Source: an uncultured Pseudomonas sp. (lineage in GTDB: Bacteria > Pseudomonadota > Gammaproteobacteria > Pseudomonadales > Pseudomonadaceae). Taken from it: 64,000 nucleotides of DNA. A model generated the notes under the pieces. That model had not been told where the DNA came from. It made no database searches and saw only the letters and a program-made list of their open reading frames with translations. The DNA is taken from assembly GCA_963529135.1 (NCBI GenBank), contig CAURYQ010000003.1:19827-83826 (forward strand), written 5' to 3'. Shown one piece after another: positions 55,187 to 63,946 of the stretch. Numbering within the stretch: the first letter of the stretch is position 1; every line of letters begins with the position of its first letter. The translations under genes were made by a program, and so were the position numbers.

Positions 55187-55927
55187 ATGGATCACAACTG
55201 GCAGGCACCCAAAGGCAACATGAAGCTCGATGGAGGCTACAACGGCTCCATGCAGCAAGCGATCGCCAACTTGGAAATCGGCCGTGATCAAGGTCGGCGG
55301 CAGGGGCAAAGTGAAGGTTTCGAGCAAGGGCGTGAGTACGGCTATGCCGAAGGTTGGAATGCCGGCATAGCCAGCGCCAACGAAAAACTGCACCCCCTGC
55401 GCGAGAACTTTCGGCTGTATTTCGACGAGGCAATAGAGCTGCGCGCAAAGCTGGTGCATCAGCAGAAGGTCATTGATGTGATGATCGAGCAATTGGCCAA
55501 GGCCGCGCAGGTCGAGACAGCTCGAGCTGAGCAGAGCCAGCACAATACGAGCGCTGAGGAAGTGACCCGTTTGCGTAACTCTGAGAGTCTTCAGGGGCGC
55601 ATCATCGCGGCCATGGAGATGCAGTACAAAGCCACGTATGCGCAGTCATGCCAAAAGACGGAACAGTATAAACGTAGCCTTATATTCACCCATACTGCTC
55701 AAGTGCTTTTGCGAGAGCTAGTTGCCCCTGATACGCCTGAAGCCTCTCACATCAGGGCCCGGTTCGCCGAAATCTATCAGGAGCAGGTGGCCCAGAGCAT
55801 GGAGCTGGGCGACGTCCAAGCGCCGCCAGAGCAGGACGATTTGTTTCGCAAGCATCTGCCCGAAACCCTGAGTTTCATCCAGCACATGCTGTGCCCCGAT
55901 GCGCCGGTGACTAGGCCGCGTTCGTAA
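55187..55927 (+). CDS. hypothetical coiled-coil protein (246 aa)
   Basis: GGAGG RBS. Gly/Gln/Glu-rich N-terminus followed by a long heptad-like region. Confidence 0.52.
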   Translation: MDHNWQAPKGNMKLDGGYNGSMQQAIANLEIGRDQGRRQGQSEGFEQGREYGYAEGWNAGIASANEKLHPLRENFRLYFDEAIELRAKLVHQQKVIDVMIEQLAKAAQVETARAEQSQHNTSAEEVTRLRNSESLQGRIIAAMEMQYKATYAQSCQKTEQYKRSLIFTHTAQVLLRELVAPDTPEASHIRARFAEIYQEQVAQSMELGDVQAPPEQDDLFRKHLPETLSFIQHMLCPDAPVTRPRS

Positions 55928-56006
55928 CCGGCAGTTCAGGCGCTGTCCTGCTTCGCGAGCAGCGAGCAGTGCCTTAAACGCCGGTCCAGCAAAGACTGAG
56001 TTGATT

Positions 56007-56447
56007 TCAGTAGGGCGGTTGTTCCGAATGCTGCGTAGGGTAGGGTGCCTCGTGTCCAGGATTGGCGGACTGTTCGCCAGTCTCTTCAGGTTGCCCATCT
56101 ACCGGCGCGCACACCAGTCCAGTGCGGACCTGGGCCGGATATTGCTGTACTTCATAGCCGTAGGCAGGCGGCTGGCGCATTTGCGGCGCTTGGCACACGC
56201 CTTGTACCGTGCCTTGGCGCGGCGTCGAGAAATCGCAGCTTTCTCCTTCATAGCGATTGGCGCATGAGCGATAAGCGTCAACCGGTGTGACCTGTCGTGG
56301 TACGGCCATATAGATGGTGCTGCGAGGCAACTCCTGCCATTGTCCTTCGGTGCTTTCTGGAAGCGGCTCCACGGGCGGCTGCGCATGCACGACACTGGTC
56401 ATGACGATTAAGCCCGCTAACAACAGACTTGCCTTATGTGCTTTCAC
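56007..56447 (-). CDS. hypothetical secreted Pro/Gln-rich small protein (146 aa, GTG start)
   Basis: GGGAG RBS 7 nt before the GTG at 56447. Signal peptide KAHKASLLLAGLIVMTSVVHA. Four Cys residues. Confidence 0.45.
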   Translation of the reverse strand: MKAHKASLLLAGLIVMTSVVHAQPPVEPLPESTEGQWQELPRSTIYMAVPRQVTPVDAYRSCANRYEGESCDFSTPRQGTVQGVCQAPQMRQPPAYGYEVQQYPAQVRTGLVCAPVDGQPEETGEQSANPGHEAPYPTQHSEQPPY

Positions 56448-56463
56448 AGGTGGACTCCCGATT

Positions 56464-56889
56464 TCAGAGACCTGGTTCGTAATCCGAACCACTGGCACGT
56501 TCAGGCGCAGGATCGGTGTGGTCCAGGCCGGCATTCACTTCCACGCCGCGCTCCTTCATTTCCTCGATCATGTATTCGTAGCCCACCATGAAATGCGCCA
56601 GGTCGTAATTGGGATCGGCCTGCTTGATGCGCGATGTCAGTTCGACGATTTCCAGCTTTACCGGGTCTGGCGTTTCGTCAGTGTCCCAACCGCTGGAATT
56701 ACGCTCGAGATTGTTCAAATGGAAGGCCTGGCTGAACGGTTTGTCAGCTACCGTTATTTCCCGGTTGAGCTTATGGTAGAGATCCTGGCCGCTGGCGCCT
56801 GCCTGCACGCTGGCGTCGACTACGCGAAGAAAGTCCCGATGGGCTTCGGGCGTGGCGGTTATTTCGTTCCAGTCGTTGTACACGGGCAT
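56464..56889 (-). CDS. hypothetical acidic protein (141 aa)
   Basis: AAGGAG RBS before the ATG at 56889. No signal peptide. Confidence 0.55.
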   Translation of the reverse strand: MPVYNDWNEITATPEAHRDFLRVVDASVQAGASGQDLYHKLNREITVADKPFSQAFHLNNLERNSSGWDTDETPDPVKLEIVELTSRIKQADPNYDLAHFMVGYEYMIEEMKERGVEVNAGLDHTDPAPERASGSDYEPGL

Positions 56890-56935
56890 TGCGTTCTCCT
56901 TGCAGGGCAGTTGGATGGTCGGGAGCGTGTGCACC

Positions 56936-58237
56936 TCAGGGCGCGAAGTCGTTGTCACGCGATGAGCCTGGCAGGCTGTTGCGAACAAGGTCGACGATGC
57001 CCTTGACCACTTCCTTGAGGCGTTCGGCAATGCGTTCCATGACTTCCCTGAGCCGTTCGATATGCGACTGGCCCTCACCGGCAAAGGCCGGAGTGTTGCC
57101 TGCGTCCTGGTGCATCTTGGCGCTGGAGGTTTCCAGCCGATCCTTGAGCTTCTCGTAGTGAGGGTTGCCCTCGGTTTCAGGGTTCAATAGCTCTTCCTGA
57201 GCGCGGCCATACTGCTTTGCCCACCCTGTAAGCGCCTTGTCCATGACTTTCTTGTTGCCTTGCGCCTCAGGTGACTGCGCAACGGCATTGACGAACGCCT
57301 GATGCAGGTCGCTGTATTCTCCGTCCGGCTTCATCTTTTCGATCACTTGCGGGACGGTAAGGCCTGCCTCATTGGCACGGTTTTCGATTTCCCGATGTAC
57401 CTCGGGCATTTTGTCGGCCGCCCAGAATGCTTCATGGGCCTTGTGATAGTTGTTGCCCGCTTTCTCGACTTGGTCAACGCGATACTCCGAGAGCCGGGGC
57501 AGTACCGGCACCCGACCCTCCAATGCATCCGGTGTTGCCATGACAGGCGCTGTATCGCCTTTTTCGGTGCCCGAACCGCTTAGCGCGCCGGCCAGCGCGC
57601 TGGCTCCCTTGCCCAAGCCCTGCATGGCTGCGCCGGTTAGCGACGCAACACCCTCTGCCAATTGCGCAGTCCCTTTGAGCAGAGTCTCAGCACCATTCTC
57701 GGGGCGCTGAGGCAAGGCTATCGGTTTGGCTTCGTCACCCTTCAGCGAGTCGTTCATGCGTTGGATATCGCCGGGATCAAGTTTTGTTTGTTCTGGCTCT
57801 TTGGGTGACACCACGCTCATGATTGCCTGCAGTAACTCTGGGGCGAGGGAAGTGGCGGGCATGGCGGACGACTGAGCAGCTGGCAAGACTGAAGCCGATG
57901 TGGCAAACGGCAGGGTTTCAAGCGTTGCAGCGTCGATTGAGCGCGCGCGCCATGTTACCGCCGAGCCGACGCTTTCACTGGTTAGCATCATCGGCTCGCC
58001 CGCCTTGACCGCCGTTTCCTGCATCGCCTGCTCCAAACCAGGGGCCCATAGCGTCTGCTCACCCGCATCGGTCTTCAAGATGACGTAATAATTGCCCTGA
58101 TGCGTGGAGTCGTCTTCAGAAGGCGCTGCACCGTGATGGACCAAAATGCCCGCATAGCGATGGTCGGCCTGGGCTTGTACCCTTGCAGCCGAATCAGCGA
58201 TGGATGAAGCAGGCTTGGCGGTGTCTTTGGGTTCCAT
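56936..58237 (-). CDS. hypothetical protein (433 aa); the N-terminal approx. 100 aa resemble a domain seen in plasmid/ICE polyvalent proteins (KfrB/LPD7-like, tentative)
   Basis: YAGILVHHGAAPSEDDSTHQGNYYVILKTDAGEQTLWAPGLEQAM pattern. The rest is Ala-rich and helical. Confidence 0.55.
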   Translation of the reverse strand: MEPKDTAKPASSIADSAARVQAQADHRYAGILVHHGAAPSEDDSTHQGNYYVILKTDAGEQTLWAPGLEQAMQETAVKAGEPMMLTSESVGSAVTWRARSIDAATLETLPFATSASVLPAAQSSAMPATSLAPELLQAIMSVVSPKEPEQTKLDPGDIQRMNDSLKGDEAKPIALPQRPENGAETLLKGTAQLAEGVASLTGAAMQGLGKGASALAGALSGSGTEKGDTAPVMATPDALEGRVPVLPRLSEYRVDQVEKAGNNYHKAHEAFWAADKMPEVHREIENRANEAGLTVPQVIEKMKPDGEYSDLHQAFVNAVAQSPEAQGNKKVMDKALTGWAKQYGRAQEELLNPETEGNPHYEKLKDRLETSSAKMHQDAGNTPAFAGEGQSHIERLREVMERIAERLKEVVKGIVDLVRNSLPGSSRDNDFAP

Positions 58238-58264
58238 CTGTTTCTACCTTTCGTATGCGCCGCA

Positions 58265-59398
58265 TTATCTAATGGATCTGGTAACAGCTCCTTTCTGAGC
58301 GCGATCTCGTGCCCATTCGGTCTGTGCCCGTTGACCTGCCAATTTCTGCGACGCGTAAACGGCAAGCAGTGCTTCAACTTTTTCTTTCTTGCGATAAATC
58401 GCTTCCGAGAGATAGTTACTAACCCCTACCGCTCGGTTGTAGTCGACCCAGAGGGCGCGACTGGAAACGTGGGTGATACTGGTGTTCCACTCTGCATCGC
58501 TAAACCGCCTGGTGGCTTCAGTCGTCAACATTTCAGCGACCGACATCGTGTCATACCCACCTATGGGTGGAGTAGGGAGCGCACCGTAACCATCGGCATC
58601 GGACAGATACGCTGCAGGTACCTTGCCGTCAGCCTGCGCCAGCGCCGCGTCGGCGTTGGCAGCTGCCACTTGCACAGGTTCCACTGTCGAGTCCGGCTGC
58701 ACGCCACCTGATGGCACGTTGCCGAACAGGATTTCGTGCTGGGCCTTGGTGTCCTTGCCCAGGATCGGATAATGCTCTGGGTGTCCGTCTTGAATAGGGT
58801 AAGTTTGGCAGAAATAGGGGGCTGGGTCAGTTTTCCAACCAATGTCTGCCTGGCGGTTGAACACAGGCGCTAGCTGCCCGGCATTGAAGGGACCCTTGTG
58901 CGCGTTTTCAGCGAACGCCTTGGCACGGGCCGAATCCTTGGCAGCCGTTCCATAGGTGAAGTGAAGGTGCTTGACCATCGATGCGCTGGGTGTGTTGCCT
59001 GACAAGCCCAGTTGTTGCCCGGGTTTCACCGTGACCCCGCGCTTGACCCCATTGGCGAAACCGCTCAGGTGGTAATAGGCCACCACGTCGCCATTGGCGC
59101 GTTCGATCAGCACGGCGTTGCCGGCCGAGCCGCGCAGGCCGGCAAAGACGATTTTGCCTTCGGTGGTTGCGTAAACCGGCTGTGACGAGCCGCTGGTGGA
59201 AAAGTCCAGGCCATCGTGCATGTGCGCTTTCTTGTTGGCTGAGCCAAAGTTGCCTGCACCACCGCCACGGAACTTGCCGAAGCGCCCTGAGACGACTTCT
59301 TTGTCCGTAGGAGACACCATGCATGTGTCTGCAAGGGTTGCTTGGGCTATGGCAATCATCGTGATGGCAACCATGCCACGCATAACGGTTGTGTTCAT
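58265..59398 (-). CDS. Secreted M23-family metallopeptidase (peptidoglycan endopeptidase) with an extra C-terminal domain
   Basis: Signal peptide. HxxxD motif (HMHDGLDF) and HxH-type motif (VKHLHFTYG) of LytM/M23. The 170-aa C-terminal extension ends in a helical region reminiscent of the upstream paralogues. Confidence 0.8.
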   Translation of the reverse strand: MNTTVMRGMVAITMIAIAQATLADTCMVSPTDKEVVSGRFGKFRGGGAGNFGSANKKAHMHDGLDFSTSGSSQPVYATTEGKIVFAGLRGSAGNAVLIERANGDVVAYYHLSGFANGVKRGVTVKPGQQLGLSGNTPSASMVKHLHFTYGTAAKDSARAKAFAENAHKGPFNAGQLAPVFNRQADIGWKTDPAPYFCQTYPIQDGHPEHYPILGKDTKAQHEILFGNVPSGGVQPDSTVEPVQVAAANADAALAQADGKVPAAYLSDADGYGALPTPPIGGYDTMSVAEMLTTEATRRFSDAEWNTSITHVSSRALWVDYNRAVGVSNYLSEAIYRKKEKVEALLAVYASQKLAGQRAQTEWARDRAQKGAVTRSIR

Positions 59399-59411
59399 GC
59401 GGGATGCTCCG

Positions 59412-60593
59412 TCACCTGACGCTCCGTTGTACGTTCTGTTTGGCTGCATCTTCAGCCGCTTCGCTGGTGCGTGCCTGTGCCCCACTGCTGGTCACTTGCA
59501 TCGAAACCAGTGAGGCCAATTGGGCCTCCATGTTTTCGTACTGGCGGTACTGTTTTTCCAGAATCGCCAAGTCCAGAGCCTTGATTTTCAGCAGCTCGAC
59601 CAGGGCCCCGCGTTCGTTCTGGGCAGCCATTACGCGTGCCCAGTTGTTGTACTCACTCGTATTTCCCGAGTAGCGCTTGACCTCTGTGCGAAAGTGCTGG
59701 GCGAGGGGCAGGTCAATGCCCGTTTCCTTGCCCTCGACGCCTGAATAATCCAGCTGGATGGCCTTCAAAGTCGCGATGGCCGGCGATACCAGTGCATCTT
59801 TGCGGGCCTTCGACAGCGCATAGTCAGCGGTGGCTGCCGACTGCCCGGCCGCTGCAGGCACCGGGCCATCGGGCAGCCCTGCGACGTTGTTCACGAAGCT
59901 GACTTTGGCGCTGTATAAAGGCTCATCCTCCATGGCAGGTTCGAACAGCGTGGCCACGGTAAGATCGGCCCCCGGCATGGAGCCTACACCCTTGCACAGA
60001 CCAGAGTCGGCTTGGTCTTGAGTGCAGAATGACTGGCGAGCCTTGAGCAGAGCCGCTTGTGTAGCAATAGGATCGGCGTAGGTGCCGGGTGCTGCGGCCA
60101 CTTCGGAGCGAACCCGCTGGCGCACCTCGGTTGCCATGTCTGCATCCCGGTTACTGATTACCTGGCGCGCGGCATAGACCGTACAGGGCGAATAACCTTG
60201 TCCAAATTCACCGCCATAATCGAAGCGCGCCTGCTTGACCCGCTCCGTCTGAGCCAGAACGTTAAGAGCGTTCGCTGTCTGCAGGGCGGAGTTGCGACCG
60301 GCCTCTGCCATGGTATTGGCTGACAACGCCTTCTGCTTGGTCAAGACGGCTATGGCCGACGTCAGGCGTTGGCTTTCGGTCTCGAGCAGCGCCGACAACG
60401 ACGCGTCCACTGTCGACATGGCAGCATTGAGCGTCTGCGTGGCGATGGTGAAGGCGGGCGCGACTACTGTCTCTTGATACTGGGGCGGGCAGTAAGCCCA
60501 TGCCAACGTTGACGTGAGTGCCAACGAAATGCCAAATGACACCTTCCACTTGCGCGACTCGCGTGACGGGTCGAAATCCTTTTTCATGTCCAC
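59412..60593 (-). CDS. Secreted protein, paralogue 1 of a triplicated family (possibly IcmX/TraW-like, tentative)
   Basis: Shares with 60595-61731 the blocks SA(I/V)A(V/I)(L/A)TKQ(K/E)ALSAN, FCTQ..AD..LC, LFEP, K.RKDAL, the Q.ERG.LVE-like block and QY.Q...L..LASLV. Confidence 0.68.
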   Translation of the reverse strand: MDMKKDFDPSRESRKWKVSFGISLALTSTLAWAYCPPQYQETVVAPAFTIATQTLNAAMSTVDASLSALLETESQRLTSAIAVLTKQKALSANTMAEAGRNSALQTANALNVLAQTERVKQARFDYGGEFGQGYSPCTVYAARQVISNRDADMATEVRQRVRSEVAAAPGTYADPIATQAALLKARQSFCTQDQADSGLCKGVGSMPGADLTVATLFEPAMEDEPLYSAKVSFVNNVAGLPDGPVPAAAGQSAATADYALSKARKDALVSPAIATLKAIQLDYSGVEGKETGIDLPLAQHFRTEVKRYSGNTSEYNNWARVMAAQNERGALVELLKIKALDLAILEKQYRQYENMEAQLASLVSMQVTSSGAQARTSEAAEDAAKQNVQRSVR

Positions 60594-60594
60594 C

Positions 60595-61731
60595 TTACTT
60601 CACCTGCTGCTTGGCGGTTTCTGAAAGGACCTTTTGGTAGCGCATTTCCAAAGGCCCCGCCATGTTGTCCGAGGAGGCAACCACCAGGGAGGCCAGGTTA
60701 GCCAGCAGACGCTGGTTCTGCTCATACTGCTGATGGTGTATCCAGACTTCCAGTCCGCCCATCTTGGCGGCCTCTACCAGCAACCCACGTTGGGTCTGAC
60801 GAGCGAGGTTGCCCGACCACTGCTGTGATTCCTTGCCCCCGAAATACTGATTAACGCGCAGACGCAGAACTTCATTCGGAGACTTGCCACCGAACTCCTT
60901 AGTGCGAGTGTTTGCCGCGTCGATCATCGCCAAGCTGTAGGTGGGTACCGACAGCAGCGCATCCTTGCGATTCTTCTGTGCCAAATAGGCTTCGCCGGCT
61001 GGTGTGCCACCGGCATTCTTGTCCAATGCCTGGTCAGGCGGGCCGATCACGTGCTGTATGTAGGCGGTACGGGCGTCAGTGGTCAGCGAATCGGCATCTG
61101 CTGGCTCGAACAGCAGCGCGGCGTTGGTGTCGCCGCCTGGTAGCGGACTGAGCGTACACAGGTTGGCATCGGCCTCCGCCTGTGTGCAGAACTTTTCACG
61201 ATGATTATTCAACCGTTGTTGCATGGCGTCAGGCGCCGATTTGACCAGCCGCCCTGGCGAGGCGTCCAGCGTGCCGACCGCCTGTTTGGCTCTGGCGGCC
61301 ATGGTCGTGAAGGCCAGATCCATGGATTTGTTCTTGGCCACGGTGCCGCACGGATCGAAGCCTTGGCCAGTGCCTGCGTTGAAATCCAGCCACGTCTTGG
61401 CCAGTGCAGAGTTTTCCTGCTGCGCCCGAATGGCGTTGACCAGCTGTTCGGCGGTCTGCCGGTTATTGTCCGCGACCACGTTGGCAGACAGTGCTTCTTG
61501 CTTGGTGGCGATAGCCACTGCCGAGATGATCTGCTCGAACTTGTAGGTCATCTGGCCACCGAAGCTGGTGCCGAATGCCCCGATGTTGGCCGAGACCGAA
61601 GCGGTCAACATGGCCAGTTGCGCCTCTGTCCACGCCTCTGCCGGACCGAACCCGTACAACGCACCGTAGCAAACGCTGGACATCAAGGTCGACCCTGCGA
61701 CGATGCCTGCTATCTTGAGTCGAAAATTCAT
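60595..61731 (-). CDS. Secreted protein, paralogue 2 of the triplicated family
   Basis: Signal-like N-terminus. Same conserved blocks as paralogue 1. 1-nt intergenic gaps on both sides. Confidence 0.68.
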   Translation of the reverse strand: MNFRLKIAGIVAGSTLMSSVCYGALYGFGPAEAWTEAQLAMLTASVSANIGAFGTSFGGQMTYKFEQIISAVAIATKQEALSANVVADNNRQTAEQLVNAIRAQQENSALAKTWLDFNAGTGQGFDPCGTVAKNKSMDLAFTTMAARAKQAVGTLDASPGRLVKSAPDAMQQRLNNHREKFCTQAEADANLCTLSPLPGGDTNAALLFEPADADSLTTDARTAYIQHVIGPPDQALDKNAGGTPAGEAYLAQKNRKDALLSVPTYSLAMIDAANTRTKEFGGKSPNEVLRLRVNQYFGGKESQQWSGNLARQTQRGLLVEAAKMGGLEVWIHHQQYEQNQRLLANLASLVVASSDNMAGPLEMRYQKVLSETAKQQVK

Positions 61732-61732
61732 A

Positions 61733-62488
61733 TCACTGCCCTGTGAGCATGGGTACGCGACGGTCAGTCACTTGCCCAACGAGAGAGTTGGCTGCCATGG
61801 CGCTGCTGGCCGAAGCGGCCAACTGCTGCGCCTGCGCGGCGTTGCAGGCGGCCGTTTTGCAATCGATATGCGCCTCGGCTCGCTGGTCGGTGATCATGGC
61901 CGCGTAAGCCAGTGCCGCCGTTTCGCCTTCAGGTGCGAGCGTCCGCTCGCTGAAAGGACCGGCGTAGTCGGCATCCCAGCCCTGCATTCCGTTGGCGTTG
62001 AGTGCACACATGCCCTGCCTGGCCTCGGAAACCGTGCAGTAAGTTGTACGGTGCATGGACAAGGTTTGTTCGTCGGCACTGGCGCGCGAGCCTACGCGCT
62101 GAGATGCGTATGAAGCCATCAGATGCGCGGCGTCCTTGTCGCGCTGAGACTGGGCTTCGACGAACAGTTTGCCTTGTTCCTGTGCGGTGCATTTGATCGT
62201 GACAGGTTGTCCTACGGCCGGATCGAACGATGAGACTGCCTTGACGGCGCGGTTCGACATATCGATGGCACCCACCGCATTGGCCAACTGTTTCTTGGCG
62301 TCGGCATCCATCTGCGAAACCACATTGGCCGACAGCGCTGTCTGCTTGACCGAGATCGCCCACGCACTCATTTCCGTTTGCATGGTGCTGATGAATGTAA
62401 GTACCGAGGCCCAGGACAAAGCCTGTGCGGGCAATGCCACTGCGGCCGTGCTGAGTCCGATAGCCAGAGCTGCTGCAATTTTCTTCAT
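61733..62488 (-). CDS. Secreted protein, shorter paralogue 3 of the family (251 aa)
   Basis: Signal peptide MKKIAAALAIGLSTAAVALPAQA. Retains VKQTALSANVV and YCTVSEARQGMC blocks. Confidence 0.65.
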   Translation of the reverse strand: MKKIAAALAIGLSTAAVALPAQALSWASVLTFISTMQTEMSAWAISVKQTALSANVVSQMDADAKKQLANAVGAIDMSNRAVKAVSSFDPAVGQPVTIKCTAQEQGKLFVEAQSQRDKDAAHLMASYASQRVGSRASADEQTLSMHRTTYCTVSEARQGMCALNANGMQGWDADYAGPFSERTLAPEGETAALAYAAMITDQRAEAHIDCKTAACNAAQAQQLAASASSAMAANSLVGQVTDRRVPMLTGQ

Positions 62489-62498
62489 ACCATGGACC

Positions 62499-63341
62499 TT
62501 AGTTGAACAGGCCTGCGGCCGAGCTGGGCGACCCGCTGCTGCTTGATGAGGAGCTGGCACCGCCACTTGAAGATGCGCCGGACGAGGTACTAGGTGCCGG
62601 TGCTGGGGTACTGGACGCAGCTGGGCTGACTGTGGTCGGGGCGGGGGTCGTCCCAGCACCTGTGCCGCCGCCGAAGTCGGTCTGGACGTAATTGAACGGG
62701 TTTACATCCACGGTGTAAGTGGCTTCGTACCCAGCTGCAGGCTTGTGATAGCTCGCACCCAGCTCAGGATCCAGGGTACTCATGCCTTTGCTGACCATGC
62801 CGTTGGTAAGCCCGTTGAGGTCGCCGATGGAAGTACCGCTGCTGACTTTGCCAATAGCTTGGTTGATGGGCGTGGTCACCATCGAGGCGACTTGCTGCAC
62901 GGCAGTGCACACTTTCTTCTGTGCGTACTTCAATACCGCCTGCTGGGCCGACGCCAAGATCGCACCCAGGCTTGGGATGGATCCTGATAGATCGAACAGA
63001 CTGCCGAGCCCGCCGAAGCAGTCTGCCGTGGCACTGAACAGCGATTCGACGTTAGGGGTTGCCGCAGACAGCTCGGTGTGAATCAACAGCGCATCATTGA
63101 TGGCCGCGCCAATCGAACCTTCTTTTTGGCCAGTGGCGCAGTCTTCTGCGTCCGCCTTGATTGCGTCTGCGACTACTGAGTTCTGTTGGGAGATCAGCTC
63201 GCTGGATGTGGCTCCCAAGCTACTGGTTGCAGCCAAAGCGGGTGCCGCCATCAGCCACAGGCCCAGCACACTGCCTAATGCTGCGCGAGTACCCACAGAT
63301 TGACCTGCCGCTGCTCCAAGCGTGCGCTGTCCGTTATACAT
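62499..63341 (-). CDS. Secreted protein with a Ser/Thr/Pro-rich C-terminal tail (280 aa)
   Basis: Signal-like segment LGLWLMAAPALA. C-terminus TPAPTTVSPAASSTPAPAPSTSSGASSSGGASSSSSSSGSPSS. Confidence 0.62.
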   Translation of the reverse strand: MYNGQRTLGAAAGQSVGTRAALGSVLGLWLMAAPALAATSSLGATSSELISQQNSVVADAIKADAEDCATGQKEGSIGAAINDALLIHTELSAATPNVESLFSATADCFGGLGSLFDLSGSIPSLGAILASAQQAVLKYAQKKVCTAVQQVASMVTTPINQAIGKVSSGTSIGDLNGLTNGMVSKGMSTLDPELGASYHKPAAGYEATYTVDVNPFNYVQTDFGGGTGAGTTPAPTTVSPAASSTPAPAPSTSSGASSSGGASSSSSSSGSPSSAAGLFN

Positions 63342-63852
63342 CTGCGTAATTCTCCATGATCTGTGAAATCTCGCACAGGCGCTCGTTTGAGAAGATCTCG
63401 CTGAGCAATCGGGCCTTGGTGAAAACCTCCAGCCGCTGTCGGAATACGCTCAATTCAAGAGACTCAGAGGCGTTGTCCGCTAGCAAAGGGGCCAGCGCGG
63501 GCTTGAAGGCATTATTTTGTTGGATAACGTACTGCAATAGGTAGGTGCAGCGTGCGGTGGTCAGGTGGGCCAGCATTTCGGCAAATGGACGAAGCACTTG
63601 GTGTAGTGAGCTGGCACAGCCATCCACCAAGTCCTGGACCTCCTGCATCAATAGCTGAATGTCGAACTGCGGCGCCCCATCAGCATGGTCTTGATCGATC
63701 GCCCAGCGATCGAGCGTGTTCATGCTCAACAGTAAGGTCTGTAGCTGGGCACTGTGGGGTTCCCTGGCAAAGTGACCCATCACACCCTTGCCCGTTAGGT
63801 CGAGCGACTCGATGGTAGGCGTAGGTGAGCCTTTGAAGCAGTATGTGTCCAT
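63334..63852 (-). CDS. hypothetical cytoplasmic protein (172 aa), first gene of the minus-strand operon
   Basis: Stop overlaps the next start (ATGTATAA). Preceded by an AT-rich leader. Confidence 0.58.
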   Translation of the reverse strand: MDTYCFKGSPTPTIESLDLTGKGVMGHFAREPHSAQLQTLLLSMNTLDRWAIDQDHADGAPQFDIQLLMQEVQDLVDGCASSLHQVLRPFAEMLAHLTTARCTYLLQYVIQQNNAFKPALAPLLADNASESLELSVFRQRLEVFTKARLLSEIFSNERLCEISQIMENYADV

Positions 63853-63917
63853 TCCCTGTACCTGACGAAAGCATATGTAAATACGCTTAAATGCATCCTG
63901 TTTTTAATTCTGTATCA

Positions 63918-63946
63918 AAAATACTGGCGTATCAACTTTTTGACAA
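63918..63946 (-). promoter_or_regulatory. Candidate sigma70 promoter for the 63852-to-56007 minus-strand operon
   Basis: On the minus strand: TTGTCA, a 17-nt spacer, then TATTTT, about 60 nt upstream of the ATG at 63852. Pattern match only. Confidence 0.25.
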
